Assembly (NCBI RefSeq): GCF_009914755.1
Contig: NC_060933.1
Strand: one strand, 5' to 3'
Length of the DNA: 64,000 nt
Source: the human T2T-CHM13v2.0 reference genome, Homo sapiens
The notes under the pieces were generated by a model that saw only the letters and a program-made list of their open reading frames with translations, did not search any database and was not told the origin of the DNA. Each line of letters starts with the position of its first letter. Position 1 is the first letter of the stretch. The translations under genes and the position numbers were made by a program. Below are positions 58,065-64,000 of this stretch, piece after piece.

Positions 58065-58499
58065 TGTCACCCCTCCAGTGCCCCCCAAAAAAGGTCAACA
58101 GGTCAGAGTTAAATTAGCATTTACTCAGGAATGGGGTTTGCAACCTGGCTAGCAGTCAGAGATTGTACCACCCGAGAAGGGCAAGGGGGCTATTTAAAAG
58201 AACTTATTTAGATTACATAAATTGCTTGTCACATTATTTCATTGGTGTATTAAACAAGTCTTTAATCAGTAGTAGAAGGGTACATTTGTATCAGTTATTC
58301 AGGAAAAACCTATATACAGAGTGTTTGTAAAGATTAGGACCAGTTTTACTTGTATTGTGTAGTGCTGAGAGCACGGTTGTTTGTGAAGGAATGTTTTTCA
58401 CAGTTCCTTTTCGGGTCTCAAAGTTCATCAGCAGTTTAATATGGAGTAGTAGCCCAAGATGGAGTTACTGATATAAAGCCTGGAACATTGCTAAGCTCA
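58065..58499 (-). mobile_element. ERV1 (MER4-group-like) solo LTR inserted in the pseudogene RRM1
   Basis: tg...ca termini, caagatggagttact motif, flanking direct repeat tagtgt; excising it restores ctggacactaagaattt, similar to PABPC1 TTGGACACCATGAATTT. Confidence 0.65.
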
Positions 58500-58674
58500 T
58501 AGTGTCCAGTAAAACTGTGTCTACTGGTTGCTGCTGTGAATGATTCAGGTGAACGTAGGCGTTTTCTGTAGGCGCTTTCCACATGATTATGGTAGAATAA
58601 TTTGATTGTTTCCTAAGCGTATCATTCAGTTGTATCTTCATGACATTTTGTCAATCTGTATTCATGTTTACTGA

Positions 58675-59151
58675 CTATATAAGGGTTCACCAGCAAAACA
58701 GAACCAACATGATATGTAGATACATGAGAGGGATTTATTATGGGAATTGGCTCATGTGATTATGGAGACTAAATCCTGCAATATGCTTTCTGCAAGCTGG
58801 AGAATCAGGAAACCCGGTGGTGTAATACAGTCCAAGTCCAAAGGCCTGAGGCCCCGGGGAGCTGCTGGTGTAAGCCCCAACCCCAAAGTCTCAAGAATTT
58901 GGAATTCTGATGTCCAAGGGCAGGAGAAGATGGAAGTCTTGCTTAAGAAAAGAGAGCAAATTTGCTTTTTGCTCTTCCCAGGCCCTCAAGCGATTGGATG
59001 TCTGCTGCCCTCAGATCTTCTTTGCTCAGTCTACTGATTCAGATGCTAATGTCTTCTGGAAACACCCTGGCAGACACACACAGAAATATTTTACCAGCTA
59101 TCTGGGTATCCCTTAACCCAGTTAAGTTGACACATAAAATTAATCATCACA
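58675..59151 (-). mobile_element. MLT2 solo LTR
   Basis: agggttcaccagcaaaacagaaccaa...aagttgacacataaaattaatcatcaca. Confidence 0.85.
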
Positions 59152-59421
59152 CTGACTTAATTTAAAACTGAATCAGTGTACCATTTTCTTAAATGGAAAA
59201 ATCACTATTAATTATCATGCAAAACAAAATTAAGTCCTGGATACTCTTGCCTGAGTAAATCTGTGAGCTTGAGGTTTATTCTGCCTTTGTTAAAACAGGA
59301 GATTAACAGATAAGTAGTAGATATTCTAACAATACCCTGAGATTTCCTCCTTCACTAAATTAGAATGGAAGAAGAATAAAATGGATATTTTAATTTGGGG
59401 ATTCAGTGTTCTTAAGGACCA

Positions 59422-60271
59422 TGGTATTGTGAAATATGTATTTCGTCTCCCTGTTTCCTCACAGAAAAAAAACCTCTAAAACCCATGGGATCATCAGGGT
59501 GGTAACTGTCTTTTCTCTGCTACGAGATGACCAGTGGCTGGGGACTCCTATAGCTTCAGGTTGGGGACTGTTCACCAGAAAGACCAATGTATGCTTAGAG
59601 GGTTGGGACTTTCAGCTCCAGCCTCCTTAGAGGGGAAAGGGGGTGAAGGTTAAGTGGATCACCAAAGGCCGGTGATTTAATCAGTCATGCCTATGTAATG
59701 AAGCCTCCATAAAAACCCAACATCACAGGGTTTGGGAGGATTTTCAGACAGCTGAACATGTGGTGGTTCCTGAAAGAGGATGTGCCTGGAGAGGGTATGG
59801 AAGCTCCAGGCTGCTTCTCCCATACCTCGACCTATGTGTCTCTTCCATCTGGCTGTTCATCTGTATCCTTTTAATACCTTTCTAATAAATGGCTAAACAT
59901 AAGTAAGTGTTTCCCTGAGTTCCGTGTGCTGCTCTGGCAAATTAGTTGAATCACAGGAGGGAGTTGTGGGAACCCTGATTTATAGCTGGTAGGTTAGAAG
60001 CACAGGACTGTGCTTGTGACTGGCATCTGAAGCCAGTTGTGGGACCGAGCCCTCAACCTGTGGGATCTGACGCTATCTCCAGGTAGTGTCAGAATTGAAT
60101 TGAATTAGAGGACACCCAGCTGGTGTCCAGTGGAGAATCATCTGCAGAATGGGTTGCTGGTAGGGAGAAATCCCCACACATTTTGGTAACCAGAGGTCAC
60201 AGAAATAGTCTGTGCTGGGTATTTTGAGGTATATATATAATAGGAGAAACTGTGTTTGTTTTTTTCCTACA
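59422..60271 (+). mobile_element. MER21 LTR
   Basis: tattgtgaaatatgtatttcgtc...gtaatgaagcctccataaaaacccaa...gaattgaattagaggacacccagctggtgtc. Confidence 0.85.
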
Positions 60272-60689
60272 TCCTTACAAGGACACAAGAATGTACCAAC
60301 TGTCTTGTTCAAAACATGGCCCTTCCCATACATAATTTGACTATGGAAATGGTTGACCTTTTTCTGAGTACCAAGGAGTTTTCTGCCTGTAATGGGGTAT
60401 TTAATTATATTTTAGAAAAAGGAAGGTCATTTGTTTAGAGCAGCACTGAGTCATCTGTTCTGTGCCCGATGTTCGGAAAGGAGGTAGACATGTTCTTTAA
60501 GAGAAGCTTTTGAAGTAATTTAGAAAATGGTGCAATACCATCCGTCATCAGGCTGTGTGGCACAAGATCAGTAGGAGCCCAGAGACTTCACATCTCCTAG
60601 TTTTCCCATTCTGAGCACTTGTGAGACCCCAGACCAGTCACTAGTCACTTGATCTCAACTTCTTCCTCCTCACACCCACATTTTCTCAG

Positions 60690-61570
60690 TTGCACAGCTG
60701 AGGTAATATGGTCCTGGGCATGATTTTAGGTTCTGACGTTCTATGCTTCTGGTCTCGTTCCCCTCTGGTTCATTATCTACTGTGGCTATAGTGACTTTTC
60801 TAAAGAGCAAATCTAGCATTGTTCTTCTTCTTAAAACTCTTCAGTGGCTCCTTATGGCTCCCAGGATAGGTCCCTCTGAAGTCCTGTTCAGGAGTCTGAA
60901 GTGTCATCTGTGTCCTGCTCAGTGATCTGCTTTCACTCTCACACTCTAAATGTGCTCTGAGTTGTAGCTGTGCTAGTTATCCTGACACCTTGCAATTATG
61001 CCATACGTTTCTTGCCTTTCAAGCCTTCGCACCATGCTCTTCCCTCTCTGTGGAAATTCCCTTCTTTCCACTTGGTATTTGATTAATCACCACTTTATCA
61101 GCTTCATATTTTCTCAGAGAGGTTACCCTTCCCTCATTTAGTGTGGGTTAAATGTCCTTCCATGTGCAATGAAAATTGCATGTTGTGGGAGAGGAACAAC
61201 ACACACCAGGGTCTATGGGGCGGGGGTGGGAGAGCATCAGGACAAATGGCTAATGCATGTGGGGCTTAAAATCTAGGTGACAGGTTGATAGGTGCACCGA
61301 ACCACCATGGCACATGTATACCTATGTAACAAACCTGCACGTTCTGCACATGTATCCTGGAACTTAAAGTAAAATAAAAATTAAAAAAAAAATTGTGTGT
61401 TGTACCTCTGTGAAGTGTAGTGCTCGGCTCACTGCTATACAGGCACCAGTCTCCTTGATGGTATCCTCTAGGGTGGGTATAAAGAGAAGGACCCTGCCAT
61501 TCTATACTTCATTCTGTTGCCAGTTCCTAGCCTGTAGTGGGCATTTAATTGATAATTGTTGAATGAATAC
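60690..61570 (+). mobile_element. L2 3' region interrupted by an L1 fragment
   Basis: cttaaaactcttcagtggctcc...ccttcgcaccatgctcttccctct...ttgttgaatgaat. Confidence 0.7.
61187..61388 (+). mobile_element. Short L1PA8-13-like 3' fragment
   Basis: gagagcatcaggacaaatggctaatgcatg...ggaacttaaagtaaaataaaaa; TSD at 61172-61186 and 61389-61403. Confidence 0.9.
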
Positions 61571-61754
61571 ATAGCTTCTGTTTCTGTTGATCCTTATGTA
61601 TATTTAAAAGGGGGTCCTATGCATATATTTTTGATGTATTCATTTCTGCTTAAAATACATCACCGATTTCTAAAAGTTAATGTAGAATTTAAAGCACACC
61701 CTCATAAAATTGTAAGATTGTAAGTTTAAAATAAACTTCCTTCATTGTACAAAT

Positions 61755-61925
61755 GGCTAGCCTAGGTACTATTTTAACTCATTTATTACTCACAGCAACC
61801 CTATGAACATTATTATCCCCATTTTACAGATGAGGAAGCTGAAACACAGAGGTGGTTACACAGCTTCAGTGGCAGAGTCAGGATTGAAACCACACCACCT
61901 GGTTTCAAAGCCAGTAACTGCCAGT
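61755..61925 (-). mobile_element. MIR
   Basis: cacagcaaccctatga...ccccattttacagatgaggaagctga. Confidence 0.85.
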
Positions 61926-61959
61926 AGTTTTTAACCATGAGTCCTATTGTCACCTTATA

Positions 61960-62720
61960 TATCAAACCAAGACATACCTAAAAGCTCTTAGTGGTCACCA
62001 AGAAGACGCGAACACTTTAGTAGAAAAATAAGACAACAATATGAAAGGCAGTATTTGAAAGAGCAAGTGGCCAAGATACGAATGCAAAAATCAAGGAAAT
62101 CAGACAGCAATATCTGACATTTTTCATTGTTTAGATTGGCAGAGATGAAAAGGATAGTAACATTCTGGGTTAGCAAGAGTATAAGAACATGGGTCCCCGT
62201 TTATGGTGGGAGTGTAAACTGTTAAAACACTTCTGGAGATCAGTAGTTCTCTTCCCTGTAATTCTGTTTTTAGGAAACTATTCACAGAATATAAATGTAT
62301 AAGTATGTACAACTTAGGTACAAGATTGTTCACTGTAGTAGTTATTGTGGTGAAAAATTGTAAACAACCTCAATAAGGGATGAGGAAGTAAATCTGTATG
62401 TCAATATTATGAAATCTCTACAGCTATTTTATCTATAGGGCAATATTTATTGCAGTAGGGAAACATTCATGATTATTGCCAAAATGAAAAAAGCCAGCCA
62501 TAAAGCAGATATGTAATATGTAGTAAGCCTGATATTGTAAAAATATAGCTATGATGGTAGCTAAAATGCACTGAGAATTTATAGACCAGGCGTTATGCTG
62601 TATTGTTACAGTAAGATTATTTTTTTAATGAACATTTGAACAGTGATTATTCCTGGTCAGTGGGTTTATGGGTGAGTAGTGTTTCTATATTTTCTTTCTT
62701 ATCTTTGGTAATTTGATCTA
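61960..62720 (+). mobile_element. Old L1ME 3' region
   Basis: ggtgggagtgtaaactg...gttcactgtagta...aaacaacct...aacagtgattatt. Confidence 0.65.
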
Positions 62721-63969
62721 TTACAAAATTTTCTTTCCACTTCATCGTCTTTACTTGTAACCCCACTTTCTCAGGATAAGTTGAAAACAAGGAATCGAAT
62801 AATTTTAGGAGCCATCACGGGGACTAGGAACAAACCCAGTTTCTAGCCAAGTTCTAGAACTATAAATATATGTCAGTTTGCTTCATTAGGCATTTAGCTT
62901 AAAACTATTGGAACACCTGCCCTGCCCTCCATAGAGCCCTGAATTAAATTGTGCTGCTTGGGTTTCTTCTGAATGCATGGCTACTTTTCTGGTTTCACCA
63001 AGAAGATGTGTACAAACATTATAAGTAAGCAGCTGCTAATGACTTTTGCTGGCATTTCTTTTAAATGAAGATTTTTTTTTTTCAGTTCCCTAAGTCTTAT
63101 CCCTAGTGTCATAGCATTGACACTGTTTTTTCGTAAAGGGAAAGAGGGCAGCTAAGACATGTATAGGGTATTGGAGTGCTCCTGTAAGATGTTCTTGGTA
63201 ATTTGGTGTGAGCTGTTCAGCCTCATTCTCCAGCCCTTAGGCCACGAGTCTCCTGGGCATCTGTCACTTCTTAGCTTCTCAGCAAAAAGCCTGTAGGCAG
63301 TGCCATTCTAGCAAAAAAAGAATGAAGTGAGGGAGAGATACCTGAGAAGATAGGAGACGTTCCCAGTGATCCCTGTTGAACTTGAATGCGGAACATTGTT
63401 AATAGTCTCTGGCAGGCTTCTATTTTGAAGACAGAAAATACAAAGTTTAGGAAGCCATAAATGGTAAAATAATATATTCTTCTCAGCAACCCAAACAAAA
63501 TACATAAAAATGGAAAAAACACTACCGTGAAACGTAGCCTCAGTAATGAGATGGGCAGGCCACTTTTGCCTTTCTCCCAAAGAGGACACGTCTAGCAAGA
63601 TCCACTGGACTGCTGACGGTGGTGGATTGCTGGGCACAAGCATGCCTTTATGGATGGTCTGGCTTTCTCTGGGGCCTGCCACTCTTTGATGGCTTCAATG
63701 GCAAGTGCTTCGACCTCTGAGATAAATAATTTCTGTGAAATCATTTCTAGAGTGAAGCTAACTTTTCCAACCTCTGCAGCATCTTGTGATGTTTCTGGGG
63801 ATAATATTAACTTGTAAGCTGAGAAACAGTTGAGACTGCTTCAAGAGATTTGTTTTCTTGTGTAGTAATCTGCTGAAGCATATACCAAATTGATGTTTTT
63901 ATTTGCTGCAAAACTTCGGGTTTTGGTCCTTTTAAAGTAGTTTCAGATTTCAGCATTTAAAAATAATTG

Positions 63970-64000
63970 TCCTGGCACAGTGGCTCACGCCTGTAATCCC
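63970..64000 (+). mobile_element. Alu 5' end (cut by the window edge)
   Basis: ggcacagtggctcacgcctgtaatccc. Confidence 0.9.

Larger units (their letters stand above)
55860..58670 (-). pseudogene. PABPC1P11: Ancient processed pseudogene of PABPC1 (cytoplasmic poly(A)-binding protein), split by FLAM, AluJ and LTR
   Basis: Colinear, intronless minus-strand remnants: DIIKGKPVHI 58041-58012 (PABPC1 DVIKGKPVRI), DEMNGKENNGKQ 57244-57209 (DEMNGKELNGKQ), HLSNQYMQ 56880-56857 (HLTNQYMQ), AHQAK 56238-56224, then PABPC1-like 3' UTR (tgatcagg...aaacttgtgc). The P11 number is from memory and less certain than the family; the 5' limit is weak. Confidence 0.88.

Overview
Primate (almost certainly human) genomic DNA covering about 46 kb upstream of SH3GL2 (endophilin A1), its CpG-island promoter and first coding exon (MSVAGLKKQFHKATQ, + strand, ATG 45974, donor after 46018), and about 18 kb of intron 1. 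Most of the window is interspersed repeats: a dead full-length L1PA3-like element (6117-12136), several 5'-truncated L1s, about 15 Alus, MaLR/ERVL/ERV1 solo LTRs, and MIR/L2/MER5 fossils. An ancient PABPC1 processed pseudogene lies on the minus strand of intron 1 (~55860-58670). It does not show in the ORF track and is split by FLAM, AluJ and LTR insertions. There is no CRISPR array, rRNA/tRNA gene or prokaryotic system. The most unusual observations are: (1) two inverted AluY copies 3.9 kb apart that share an identical 88-bp tract carrying three private transversions while each keeps its own TSD, pointing to gene conversion; (2) an antisense AluJ in intron 1 that could supply a frame-preserving exon encoding an SH3-ligand-like peptide; (3) an Alu whose central linker has expanded into ~550 bp of pyrimidines. 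Repeat subfamily calls come from remembered consensus features, and boundaries of old repeats are approximate.
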